DNA from: Pseudomonadota bacterium
Lineage (GTDB): Bacteria; Pseudomonadota; Gammaproteobacteria; Burkholderiales; Burkholderiaceae_C
Direction of reading: 5' to 3'
Assembly (NCBI GenBank): GCA_029779845.1
Contig: JAKOZT010000064.1
Span: 334 to 64,333, forward strand
DNA length: 64,000 nucleotides
Under the pieces are notes generated by a model, which was not told where the DNA came from, made no database searches, and worked only from the letters and a program-made list of their open reading frames with translations. Of this stretch, positions 1 through 9,300 are shown in pieces (the first letter of the stretch is position 1; each line of letters starts with the position of its first letter). Both the position numbers and the translations under genes were made by a program.

Positions 1-39
1 CCCGAGCTGCGCTTCTATGCCATTGATCGCAACGTCGTA

Positions 40-1122
40 TCAGGCGCGCTTCTTCACGCCCACGCTGTAGCTGCCGGTGGCGGCGGCGGTCTTGTGCTTC
101 ACCGTCAGCCAGTACTCGCCCGGCTGCAGCTTGCGCACGATGCGCGCGTTCCTGCCCTGGCCGCGGTCGTCGTCCCAGGTGAGCACGGCGCCGCGGTCGC
201 CCGGGCCGTGCAGCGTCAGCACGGTGTCGGTCGGGCCTTCGGTGGTCATGATGTAGGTGGCGGCGGTGGCGACCGTGAAGTGGAACTCGTCGACTTCGCC
301 GGCCGTGGCCAGCTCGGCGCTGATGCGCTTGCCCATCGCCAGCTCGGTCATCGCCGGCGCGGCCTTCGGGTACTGGCGGCGCATGAACTCGATGTCCATC
401 GCCGAGAACTCGGTGTTCCAGCCGATCGCGTAGGAGCCGATCGTCAGCGAGTCGGGGATCGCGTACTCCATGATCGAGGTCGGGTCGAAGCTGGTGTGGT
501 TGGTGCTGTCCTCCGAATAGACCTGGAAGATGTTGAAGTCGACGTCGCCCTTGTCCCAGCCCTGCTGCGCGTAGTAGGCGTAGACCTTGGGCTTGTCCCA
601 CGGGATCTGCCCCTGCGCGGCCGGGTTCTGGTGCTCGTGGATCATGCCCAGCGCATGGCCGAACTCGTGGCGCACCACGCGCTGGTACTCGCGCAGCTCG
701 GTCGTGGGTTCGAGCCAGCCGTAGTTCATCGTCGCCTTGTCGGCGGCCACGGTGAGCGCGTCGGTGCCCACCGTCGACCACGAGAAGCCCTTCTCGGCGA
801 AGCTGATGCGGATCTGCGCCGTGCCGCTGCTCACGAACTCCAGCTTCAGGTTGGCGATGGCCTCCCACTCCTTCGCGATCGCCTGCACCTTGGCCTGCAC
901 CGCGGCGTTGCCGTCGAGGAACTTCACCTTCAGCGTGCGGCCGTTCTCCCACAGCTTGAGCTTCTCCACCGCGGCACGCGCCCGGCCCGCGCCGCCGCGC
1001 AGCGGCGTGATGCGCGTGTTGCCCACGCGCTCGCGCGCGGCGGCCTCGTCGCTGGACAGGCGCCCAGCCTCGCCGGTGAGGCCGGGCACGAAGGGCGAGC
1101 AGATCTTGCAGGTGTGGGTCAT
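40..1122 (-). CDS. astacin-like zinc metalloprotease (metzincin) with C-terminal PPC pre-peptidase domain, 360 aa, no signal peptide
   Basis: Last 360 codons of track ORF 40..5055. ATG at 1122-1120 (MTHTCKICSPF) with GAGGAAG 5 nt upstream. HEFGHALGMIHEH matches the HExxHxxGxxHE astacin-type zinc site, with a Met-turn-like SIMEY. The tail (GEVDEFHFTV..TLHGPGD..WDDDRGQGRNARI..GEYWLTV..GSYSVGV) fits the PPC domain pattern. The rest of the track ORF upstream is Arg/Ala/Pro-rich read-through. Confidence 0.85.
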   Translation of the reverse strand: MTHTCKICSPFVPGLTGEAGRLSSDEAAARERVGNTRITPLRGGAGRARAAVEKLKLWENGRTLKVKFLDGNAAVQAKVQAIAKEWEAIANLKLEFVSSGTAQIRISFAEKGFSWSTVGTDALTVAADKATMNYGWLEPTTELREYQRVVRHEFGHALGMIHEHQNPAAQGQIPWDKPKVYAYYAQQGWDKGDVDFNIFQVYSEDSTNHTSFDPTSIMEYAIPDSLTIGSYAIGWNTEFSAMDIEFMRRQYPKAAPAMTELAMGKRISAELATAGEVDEFHFTVATAATYIMTTEGPTDTVLTLHGPGDRGAVLTWDDDRGQGRNARIVRKLQPGEYWLTVKHKTAAATGSYSVGVKKRA

Positions 1123-1142
1123 GGAAGGCTTCCTCGGAAGGG

Positions 1143-4100
1143 TCAGGGCCAGGTGCGCACGACTTCGTCGATGACGCGGGCGATCGGCTGGAAGGGCAGC
1201 TCGAGGTGCGCGTTCTGCCACACGACGACGAACTCCGCCGCGTCGCTCCTGCGGCGCAGCCAGGCGCCCTCGGAGAACACCGTGCCGACGAAGGCCGAGC
1301 CGCTGGAGGCCTCGCCGATCTTGCATCCGGTGACCTCGAACGACGAGCCGGCGGTGGCGGTGTGGTCCTTCAGCCAGGTCCAGGGCGCGCCGGCCTCGAA
1401 GATCGTGCGCATGCGCTGGCTGGCGGCGGCGTCGACCAGCGTGCCGCGGTGCAGGTGGGCGAGCAGGCTGGCCATCGCCAGCGCCGTCATCGCGGCCGAC
1501 GACGTGCCGTTGCGCGGGGTCTTGCCGCCGCTGCGCGTGGCCACCGGCACGTGGAAGTCGGGCCAGTTGCCGTAGTCGGCGGTGGTCCAGACGCCGCTCG
1601 CGCTCGCTGCATCGAAGAAGCCGCCTGCTTCCAGCGCGCGGTTGACGTAGCTGTAGCCGAGGCGGTGCATGGTGTCGCGCGGCGTGATGTTCTGGTCCTG
1701 CTCGGAAAAGATCTTCTCGACGCCGTCCGCATGCGTGGCGTGCATCTCGACGCGGAAGCGGTTCGGCCCGTCGGGCAGCGCGCGCAGCGCCTTGTCGAAC
1801 TTCGTCGCGCGCCACTCGCCGGCGCGGTTGATGCGCGCCACCGAGCGCTCGATGGCCGGGCCGAACTCGCGGCGCACGCGGTCGAGGAACTTCGCCGCGG
1901 TGGGCGCCGTCAGCGCCGGCGCCAGTTCGTTGACCTGCTTCACCAGCTCGAAGCTGGCGTACAGCATCGCCACCTTCAGCAGGCTGGCGGAGAAGTACAT
2001 CTCGGTCTCGTGCACGCCGGCGTATTCCATCGTGCCGGTGGGCGTGAGCTTCGCGACCAGCAGCGCGAGCGCGTCGAGCCGGGCCGGGTTGGCGCCGCTC
2101 AGCGTGGCGCGCTGCGTCGCCAGCGCCGCGGCGAGGCGCGCGTTGTGCGCCGCCCCCGGCGTGAGCTGCAGTGCGTAGGGCACGGTCGGGAAGGGGTTGC
2201 GCACCGCGCTGTCGGCCACCGTGCTGCCGGCGATGCGCAGCGAACGCGCCGCGATGTTGGGGTGGTTCACGACCAGGCTGTCGACCGGCGCGGGCGCGAG
2301 CGCCACGTCGGCGCCGCCGCTGCGGATCACCGCCACCAGCAGCACGACGCGCCCCAGCGCCTCGCCGGTCAGGTCGAGGTCGAAGCTGGCGATGCCCGGG
2401 CGCACCGCATCCAGCGTCTGGCCGGTGAGCGTCTGCCGGCTGCCGACCAGGCTCCAGCCGGCGCCGAAGGGCAGCGAGGTCGTGCCCGGCGTCGAGTTCA
2501 GCACGTGGTTGGCCGCGCCGGTCCAGGGGGCGTCGCCCGTGGGCAGGGCGGTGCCCGACCACTTCAGCAGCGCCACGCGAACCTCGCCGCCGTCCAGCGG
2601 CGCGAGGCCGCGGTACTGCACCAGCACCTCCACCTTGCTCGGCCCCGGCGGCAGTTCGCCGGCCATGTCGCTGCCGGTGGGTTCGCGCAGCGTGGGGCCG
2701 AGCTCGATCAGGTCGGCGCTGCCCGGCCGCGCCGGGCCCCAGGGCTCGGCGTTCGCCCAGGGCAGCTGCATGCTCTGCTCCCAGTACGCCTTGCCGATGC
2801 GCACCGTGCCGAGCACGCTGGGTGCGCCGAGCGTGGCGAGCACCTCGTTGAACTGGTTGTCCCACTTGCCGGTGGCGCGCACGCGCGCGTCGCCGGTGCG
2901 CGCGCGCAGCGCGCTCTGGAAGCGCCGCAGCGGCTCGGCTTCGATCAGCGGCGAGCCCATCGTCCACGGCAGCGTGGCCGGCGTGGTCGCGGGGATGGGG
3001 GCGCGGCGTGGCCGCAGGTCGGGGCTGGCGTGCCAGGGGCGGGTCGTCACGCCGTCGCGCCCGGTCAGCGAGGCGGCGGCGCGGTAGCGCAGGTCGTCGG
3101 CGTGGGCGCGCAGGTAGGCGAGGTCCGCCACGTCGTCGGCATCGAGGCGCAGCTCCCACACGCCGCGCGCGGCCAGCCCGGCGCGCAGCAGGCGCAGGCC
3201 GTCGCGGCTGTAGAGCGCGAGATCCTGCACGACAGCTTCGGGCAGGCCGTTGAGAAGCGCGCTCCAGGTCCAGGCCGGCTTGCCCGGGTCGGCGAGGTTG
3301 CGCACGCCCTTCCACACGCCGATGGTCGTGCCGACGTACACCTCGTTCGGAAACGCCGGGTCGCAGGCGATCGCGGTCACCGGGGTGGGAACGGCGGCAC
3401 GAAGCTTGGTGGCGAACCAATGCTCGCCGCCGTCGAACCACCACAGCGTGTCCACATCCTCGGCGGCCGGCTTGCCGACGGTGCCGAGATACACCGCCCC
3501 GCGCGTGCCGCGCGCCACTGGCTCGCCGCCCGGTGCGGCCGGCGGCTCGAGGTTGACGGCGATGTCGGTCCAGGTCGCGGCGTCGCGGATCGGGCCATTG
3601 GCCTTGGTCTCGTCCTTCTTCTGCTTGACGCCGCGCTCGATGATGGTCTGCGCCGTCCACGCGCCCGGGCCGGCCGCCGCATCGCTGCCGGCCGTGCGCG
3701 CATAGCGCCGCAGCCGGCCTTCGCCCAGCACCCAGGCGACTTCGCTGCCCTGCCAGCGGCACACCGTGATGCGCCGGCCGAAGTCGTCGTGCGCGAGGTT
3801 GCCGGCCGGCGGCGCGGCGGCGCCGGGCAGCGTCACCCAGCTGGCGCCGAAGTCTTCCGAGTACCACAGGCGCGAGGTGCCGACGATCGTCTGCGTCACC
3901 GTCTGCTGCCCGGCCGGCGCGCCGGGGCGCTGCTTGGCCGTCATCGCCGGCTGCGAGAGTTCGGCGCTGCGCCCGGCGCGGTTCTCGCCCAGCGCGAGCG
4001 GCAGCGTGATCGCGCCTTGCGACGAGGCCCACTCGCCGTGGTGCAGCTGGTAGACATGCCGCGACGGTTGGTTCGGGTCGAAGGCGATGCCGCCGCCTTG

Positions 4101-6344
4101 CGCGAAGGTGCTGCTCTCGCGCCGCCACGCCGCGCCGCCGAGCCGGCGCGCCACGCCGTGGCGGTGCACGCCGGCCAGCACCATGCCTTCGCACACCGGG
4201 TGGTTGGCGACGTAGTTGATCTCCGCCACCGCGAGCCCGTCGTTCATCGCGACGAAGCCCGAGGGCACGCCGATGCGGTCGCTGCGGTACACGCCGCCAT
4301 CGCTCGCCGCCCACAGGCGCTGGCCGGCGTTGCTGAAGACGACGTGGTGCACGTAGGCATGCACGCCGCCGCCCAGCAGCGCGGCGCGGCCGAAGGCGAG
4401 CGTGCCGCCGAGGCCGGCGGCCACGGGCGCGAGCGTCAGTGCGGCGTCGTCGTCCGCGCCGGCGCGGCGGCCGCCGGCGATCACGACGTGGTCGGGCCGG
4501 GAAGGGTCGACCGCGAGTGCGATCGCATAGCTGCCCGAGTCGCCCAGCACGTCGGGCACGCCGGTCACCGACACGGCGATCGGCTCGGCGGCGGGGTCGG
4601 CCGGAGCGTCGATGCGGAACAGCAGCGGGCGCATCAGCTCGGGGTAGATCGCATTGATCGCCGCCACGTCGCCGGCCGACAGCCCGACGCGCTGGCCGAT
4701 CGCCTGCCCGCCGATCGGCACGATGGTGTCCAGCCGGGTGGCGTCCTTGCTGAAGGCGCGGCGGCCGTAATGCATGATCGAGCCGAAGTCGTAGGCGCCG
4801 ATGTCGTCGCCGTCGCTGATCTGCTGCTGGAAGTTGTGCTCCTCGCCGCTCTTGATGTTCTCGGTGAGCACGCGCACGAAGCTGTTGCGGTCCTCGCGGC
4901 TCTGCTCGTGCCACAGCCCGAGCGAATGGCCGATCTCGTGCACCGCCGCGCCGAAGCCGCAGCCGGTGCCCAGCGAGATCACCTGCTTGCCGCCCTGCAT
5001 GCCCACCGGCGAGAAGCAGCCGTCGAGCGCCTCGAACGAGATCCAGTTCGGGCACACCGCCGCGTTGGCCGGCGTGCGCTCGACGAAGCGGATGCGCGTG
5101 CGCGCCTGCCAGTGCGCGATCGCCGATTCGACCAGCGGGCGCAGCGCGGCGATGGTCTCCCAGGGCACCACGCCGCCCGGCCAGCGGTAGCGCTCGCCGG
5201 TGATCGCGACGCCGAAGGGCACGCCGCCGGGCCGCGCGGCCGCCTTGCGCATGCGCTCCATCTCGGTGGCGGGGCCGAGGTCGATGTCGCCTTCGAAGAT
5301 CGTGCGGCCGCCGATCTCATTGCAGTCCACCGCCTTCACTTCGCCGCTGTCGATCAGGCGCACGAAGCCCTGCTGCTTGCGCGGCGAGGAGCGGAACCAG
5401 CAGCCGCAGTCGTCCGGCGGCAGCGCGGCCGCCGCCGGCACCTCGGGCCGGGCGCTGTGCGGCAGCGGCGCGCCGCCGGGGGCGCCGGCCACGCTGGTGG
5501 CCGCGCCGGGCTGGTCGCAGAACAGCCAGATCTGCTGCGGGTTCACCGCCGCCAGCACCGCGCGGCGCGCGACCGCGCCGGGCGCCTGGATGCGCCGCCA
5601 GTCGGCGCCGGCGGCGTTGGCGGCGCGCATCCACAGCCCGGCGTTCGCGCCGCTCTCGACCCACACCCACCAGCGTGTCGGCAGCGTGCCGGCGGCGGGT
5701 GTCCACAGCACGTCGGTGCAGATCGCGTCCAGCGTCTCGAACGGCGCGCCGGCCACGCGCTGCCACGCGGCGGCGGCATTGGTGGCGGGACGTTCGTACA
5801 AGCCGCTGCTGGTGGCCGCGACGATGCGCGTGCCCGCGCCCGGCTCGATCGCGATGCGGTAGACGCTGGCGCCGAGCAGGTCGGCCGCTTCGTGCGCCCA
5901 GGCGACGTTGCCGCTGGCCAGCGTGTGCGTGCCGACGAAGATGCTCACCCCGCCGAGCGGCTGCCCCGGCGCCGCGCCGATGTGCTGCGCGCGCGGCGCG
6001 GCCGGGTCGTGCCAGGGCTCGCCGGTGCCGAGCACCACGGTGTCGCTGGCGGTGCCGAAATTGACCGCGAGCGCGCCGCAGGCGAAGCGGCTCGCGGCGC
6101 GGTCTATCGTCTGCGGCGAAGGCGTGGGCTCGAAGCCGTCGAGCGAGCGCCATGACGCACCGCCGTCGCCCGAGTACCAGAGCCCGCCGTTGGCCGTCGC
6201 CGCGTAGACGCGCTCGCCGTCCGGATGCACCGCCAGCGCGTTGACCGCGCCGCTGATGCGCCCCGCGCCCTGCACCTCGCCGTTGAGCAGCGTGTGCGGC
6301 CCGAGCGGCTGCCACAGATGCGTTCGCGAGGTGGGTGCACTCAT
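1143..6344 (-). CDS. 1733-aa multidomain protein: BNR/Asp-box beta-propeller-like regions, embedded astacin (M12A-like) protease domain, C-terminal beta-lactamase/transpeptidase-like serine hydrolase domain
   Basis: Distal part of track ORF 1143..9611. ATG at 6344-6342 (MSAPTSRTHLWQP) overlaps the upstream stop as ATGA. Asp-box-like motifs are present (SGDGGASWRSL, SEDFGASWVTL, ASDGGVYRS). Astacin signature RWPGGVVPW ... HEIGHSLGLWHEQSREDR (nt 4905-4940) ... SIMHYG; domain at about nt 4641-5216. The last ~300 aa (about nt 1146-2040) carry FSASLLK (S-x-x-K, nt ~1975-1995), YSYVN (Y-x-N) and CKIG (K-x-G). No N-terminal signal peptide. Confidence 0.85.
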   Translation of the reverse strand: MSAPTSRTHLWQPLGPHTLLNGEVQGAGRISGAVNALAVHPDGERVYAATANGGLWYSGDGGASWRSLDGFEPTPSPQTIDRAASRFACGALAVNFGTASDTVVLGTGEPWHDPAAPRAQHIGAAPGQPLGGVSIFVGTHTLASGNVAWAHEAADLLGASVYRIAIEPGAGTRIVAATSSGLYERPATNAAAAWQRVAGAPFETLDAICTDVLWTPAAGTLPTRWWVWVESGANAGLWMRAANAAGADWRRIQAPGAVARRAVLAAVNPQQIWLFCDQPGAATSVAGAPGGAPLPHSARPEVPAAAALPPDDCGCWFRSSPRKQQGFVRLIDSGEVKAVDCNEIGGRTIFEGDIDLGPATEMERMRKAAARPGGVPFGVAITGERYRWPGGVVPWETIAALRPLVESAIAHWQARTRIRFVERTPANAAVCPNWISFEALDGCFSPVGMQGGKQVISLGTGCGFGAAVHEIGHSLGLWHEQSREDRNSFVRVLTENIKSGEEHNFQQQISDGDDIGAYDFGSIMHYGRRAFSKDATRLDTIVPIGGQAIGQRVGLSAGDVAAINAIYPELMRPLLFRIDAPADPAAEPIAVSVTGVPDVLGDSGSYAIALAVDPSRPDHVVIAGGRRAGADDDAALTLAPVAAGLGGTLAFGRAALLGGGVHAYVHHVVFSNAGQRLWAASDGGVYRSDRIGVPSGFVAMNDGLAVAEINYVANHPVCEGMVLAGVHRHGVARRLGGAAWRRESSTFAQGGGIAFDPNQPSRHVYQLHHGEWASSQGAITLPLALGENRAGRSAELSQPAMTAKQRPGAPAGQQTVTQTIVGTSRLWYSEDFGASWVTLPGAAAPPAGNLAHDDFGRRITVCRWQGSEVAWVLGEGRLRRYARTAGSDAAAGPGAWTAQTIIERGVKQKKDETKANGPIRDAATWTDIAVNLEPPAAPGGEPVARGTRGAVYLGTVGKPAAEDVDTLWWFDGGEHWFATKLRAAVPTPVTAIACDPAFPNEVYVGTTIGVWKGVRNLADPGKPAWTWSALLNGLPEAVVQDLALYSRDGLRLLRAGLAARGVWELRLDADDVADLAYLRAHADDLRYRAAASLTGRDGVTTRPWHASPDLRPRRAPIPATTPATLPWTMGSPLIEAEPLRRFQSALRARTGDARVRATGKWDNQFNEVLATLGAPSVLGTVRIGKAYWEQSMQLPWANAEPWGPARPGSADLIELGPTLREPTGSDMAGELPPGPSKVEVLVQYRGLAPLDGGEVRVALLKWSGTALPTGDAPWTGAANHVLNSTPGTTSLPFGAGWSLVGSRQTLTGQTLDAVRPGIASFDLDLTGEALGRVVLLVAVIRSGGADVALAPAPVDSLVVNHPNIAARSLRIAGSTVADSAVRNPFPTVPYALQLTPGAAHNARLAAALATQRATLSGANPARLDALALLVAKLTPTGTMEYAGVHETEMYFSASLLKVAMLYASFELVKQVNELAPALTAPTAAKFLDRVRREFGPAIERSVARINRAGEWRATKFDKALRALPDGPNRFRVEMHATHADGVEKIFSEQDQNITPRDTMHRLGYSYVNRALEAGGFFDAASASGVWTTADYGNWPDFHVPVATRSGGKTPRNGTSSAAMTALAMASLLAHLHRGTLVDAAASQRMRTIFEAGAPWTWLKDHTATAGSSFEVTGCKIGEASSGSAFVGTVFSEGAWLRRRSDAAEFVVVWQNAHLELPFQPIARVIDEVVRTWP

Positions 6345-9300
6345 GATGAGCTTCCCTCCGGCTTGGCCGGCGCCACGCGGATCCAGCCTTCGCGGAACTC
6401 CGCCGGCGTGTCGGGCAGCAGCGCGGTCTGCGTGGCGGCGAGGATGGCGTCGCTGCGCCAGCTCGCCGGCGTGTCGCGCCAGAGGAAGTTCTGGTCCTTG
6501 CCGAACACCGACACCTTGGGCAGGCGCACCTGGCCTTCCTTCGCGAGATCGGTCTCCACCAGCACCGGCCCGGTGCGCAGCGAGGGCGCGATCGCCTGCA
6601 GGCCGGGGCCGACCCAGTCGCGCGCCAGCGCCAGCGCCTTGCGCGGCAGCAGGCCCGAGCTGAGCGTGGCCTTGCCGGCCGGGTGCATGAAGATCGTCAG
6701 CGTCACCGTCTGGCCGAGGTGCAGCAGCAGCGTGTCGGCGTCGTCGCTGCCGGCGATGTACGGGTGCACGATGGCACTGGCCGCCGGCAGCCCGGCCGAC
6801 CGCGCGAACACGCCGAGCTGGCCGCGGCTGCGCCCGGCCTCGGGTGCGATGCCGGCGATCGCCTTGTCGACGAGGCGGAAGCGCGAATAGTCGTCGTCGA
6901 CGAAGAAGCCGAGCACGCCGTCGTCGCTGCGCGTCAACTCGCCGATGCGCACCGGGAAGGCGTGGCGCGCCGCCTCCTGCTCGGCCTGTGCCCACTCGGC
7001 GGCGCGCTGCGGGTCGCTCAGGTCGATGTCCTCGGGCGGGCGCAGTTCGAGGCGCAACTGCGCGCGCACCACCGCGATCGGCCGGCCCACCAGCCCGGCG
7101 ACGTGCTCGCTGCCCAGCGAGGCGAAGCTGTCCACCGTCCACAGCGTGGTGTCGATGGCGCGCAGCAATGCCGACAGCGCGCTCTCGGCGGCCGTGTCCT
7201 CGCCCACCGGCGTGCCGCCGCGCGCGGCCGCGTCCGCCGCCACCAGCGCGGCGGCGAAGTCGGCCAGCGGCTTCTGCGCCGGCGCGAGGCCATGGTGCGG
7301 GCCGGCATCGGCCGGGCCTTCGCGGCCGGCGGCGATCTCCCACATCACGCCGCCGCTGACCGGCTCGTGCAGCAGCTCGCCGATAGCCGCGCCGTCGGCG
7401 CCGAACACTTCCAGGCTCTCGTCGAGGTGGTCGGGCATCACGAAGCCGGCCACCGGATTGACCTGCAAGGCCGCTTCGATCTGGTCGACGCGCGCTTCCG
7501 TTCCTTCGGCGCCCGGCGGCGTCGCCGCATCGACGAGGCGGAACAGCCAGCGCGCCGGGCGCAGCAGGCGCGGGCGCAGCAGCAGCGCGCCGGCGCGGTC
7601 GGGCAGCGTCTCGCGCGTAGTCGTGATGACGCCCTGCACCGGCAGCTCCAGCGTGCGGCCGAAGGCGTCGAGCACACGTGCGCGCGTCAGCGTCGCGCAG
7701 CCGGCCAGCAGCAGGTGTGGCGGCGCGGTTGGCGCGGGGTTGCTCACGCCGCTGGCGGCGCTGGGCCGGTGCAGGCCGTCGCGCGCCGGCAGGCCGAGCA
7801 GCTGCGTGCGCAGGCCGTCGCAGGTGGCGGTCATCACGTCGAGGTGCTGCACCGCGCTGTCGAGCACGCGGTAGGCGTCTTCCAGCGCTTCGTCGACCTG
7901 GCCGGCGCCGTCGTCGTCGAGCGCGTCTTCGGCCTTCAGCCAGTCGCTGATCGCGTCGTGCAGGGTCTTCGCGGCGCCGCTGGTCAGCGGCGCGCGGCCG
8001 CGCAGCGTGGCGGTGTCGCCCTCGAACGTCGTCGTGCTGCCTTCGAGATCCACCGCGCCGAGCTGCCAGGCCTGCAGCGTCGGCGGGTCCAGCCCCTCGA
8101 CCTTCAGCTCCCATTCCAGCCACAGCGGCACCCAGGGCTGCGCCCAGGTGCTGACGCCGACGAGATCCGGGTCGGCGCCCTTGTAGAGCGAGAACTTGCG
8201 CAGCTCGTCGGACACCAGCGATTGCTGCTCGCGCAGGCCGGGGCGAACGCCTTGCGCCGGTGCGCGCGCGCTGCGCGACGGCGAGCGGGCGAGCGTCGCG
8301 GCCAGCACCGCGGTGCCGCCGTCGTAGGCGCCGTCGCGCCCGAAGCGCAGCACCGATTCGGCCTTCAGCCGCGTCAGCAGCGCGTTGCGGCCGGTGCCGG
8401 GCGGTGCCAGCGCGGCGGCGATCCATTCGTCGTGATACGGGTCGTGCAGCAGCGCTTCGCGCGACAGCGTCAGCACTTCCGGCGGCAGCGAGCCGTTGCC
8501 CAGCGAGCGGATGAAGCGGTCCTTCGCGATCACGCCGTCGATCTCGGCGATCACGTGCGTGGGCCAGCGGCAGCTCAGCTTGCCGTCGGCCGAGCCGCGC
8601 CCGTCGTTGCCGTGGCGCAGGCTGCGGCCGGCGCCGCGCAGCGCGAGCATCGGTTCGGTGGGGAAGGCGAAGCGCGGCGCGGGGTGGTCGACCACGCGCG
8701 CTTCGGTGGGCGAGAGCACGTCGCCGACGCGCGAGCGGGCGAGGTCGTTGATCAAAGCCTCGGTGGCCTTGATCAGGTTCGGCTTGCCCTGGGTCGCGAA
8801 GTGCGTCTCGGCCTGCAGCTTCGGGCCTTGCGCGCCGAGCACGTTTTTCGTAGCCTTGGTCTGCGCCGTGAGGCCGACACGCTCGCCGCGCTTGCGCCCG
8901 AGACCCAAGCCGCCCGCGCCGCCGGTCTGCACGCGCTGCAGAAAGCGGTCCGTGCCGGCCGAGCCGGCCGGCAGCGACGCGAAGGCGATCGTGTGTTCGT
9001 GCTCTTCCAGCGCCACCGCGCCATCGGGCGAACCCAGCTGGTTGACTTTCTGCGCGGTGAAGGCGGTCAGCAGCCGCTCGGTGGCGCGGCGCTGCTCGGG
9101 CGTGGCCTGCGCGGCGGCGAAGGCGGCGATCAGGTCGTCGTCGTGCAGGCCGAAGGCGATGCTCACCGCTTCGGCGGCGGGGCGCCGGTCGATGCCCGCC
9201 GCGCCCGTCACCGGCACGCCGTGGATCGCGCCGTGCAGCAGCGAGGAACGCAGCTGCCAGGCCGGCGCGGTGTAGCGCTGCGCCGCGTCGGCGGCGAAAA

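Noticed and set aside
1146-2040. Interpreting the beta-lactamase-like domain as an antibiotic-resistance determinant
   Set aside because: It is the C-terminal module of a leaderless 1733-aa multidomain protein, not a periplasmic stand-alone enzyme. The motifs are only loosely class-A/C-like (SLLK, YVN, KIG). A resistance role is unsupported.
1123-5055. N-terminal 1311 codons of track ORF 40..5055, and N-terminal 1089 codons of track ORF 1143..9611 (6345..9611)
   Set aside because: These are read-through of stop-free off-frame sequence overlapping the real upstream genes. Composition switches abruptly from Arg/Pro-rich junk to normal protein at the internal Met codons (1122 and 6344), and those Mets show SD or ATGA coupling.
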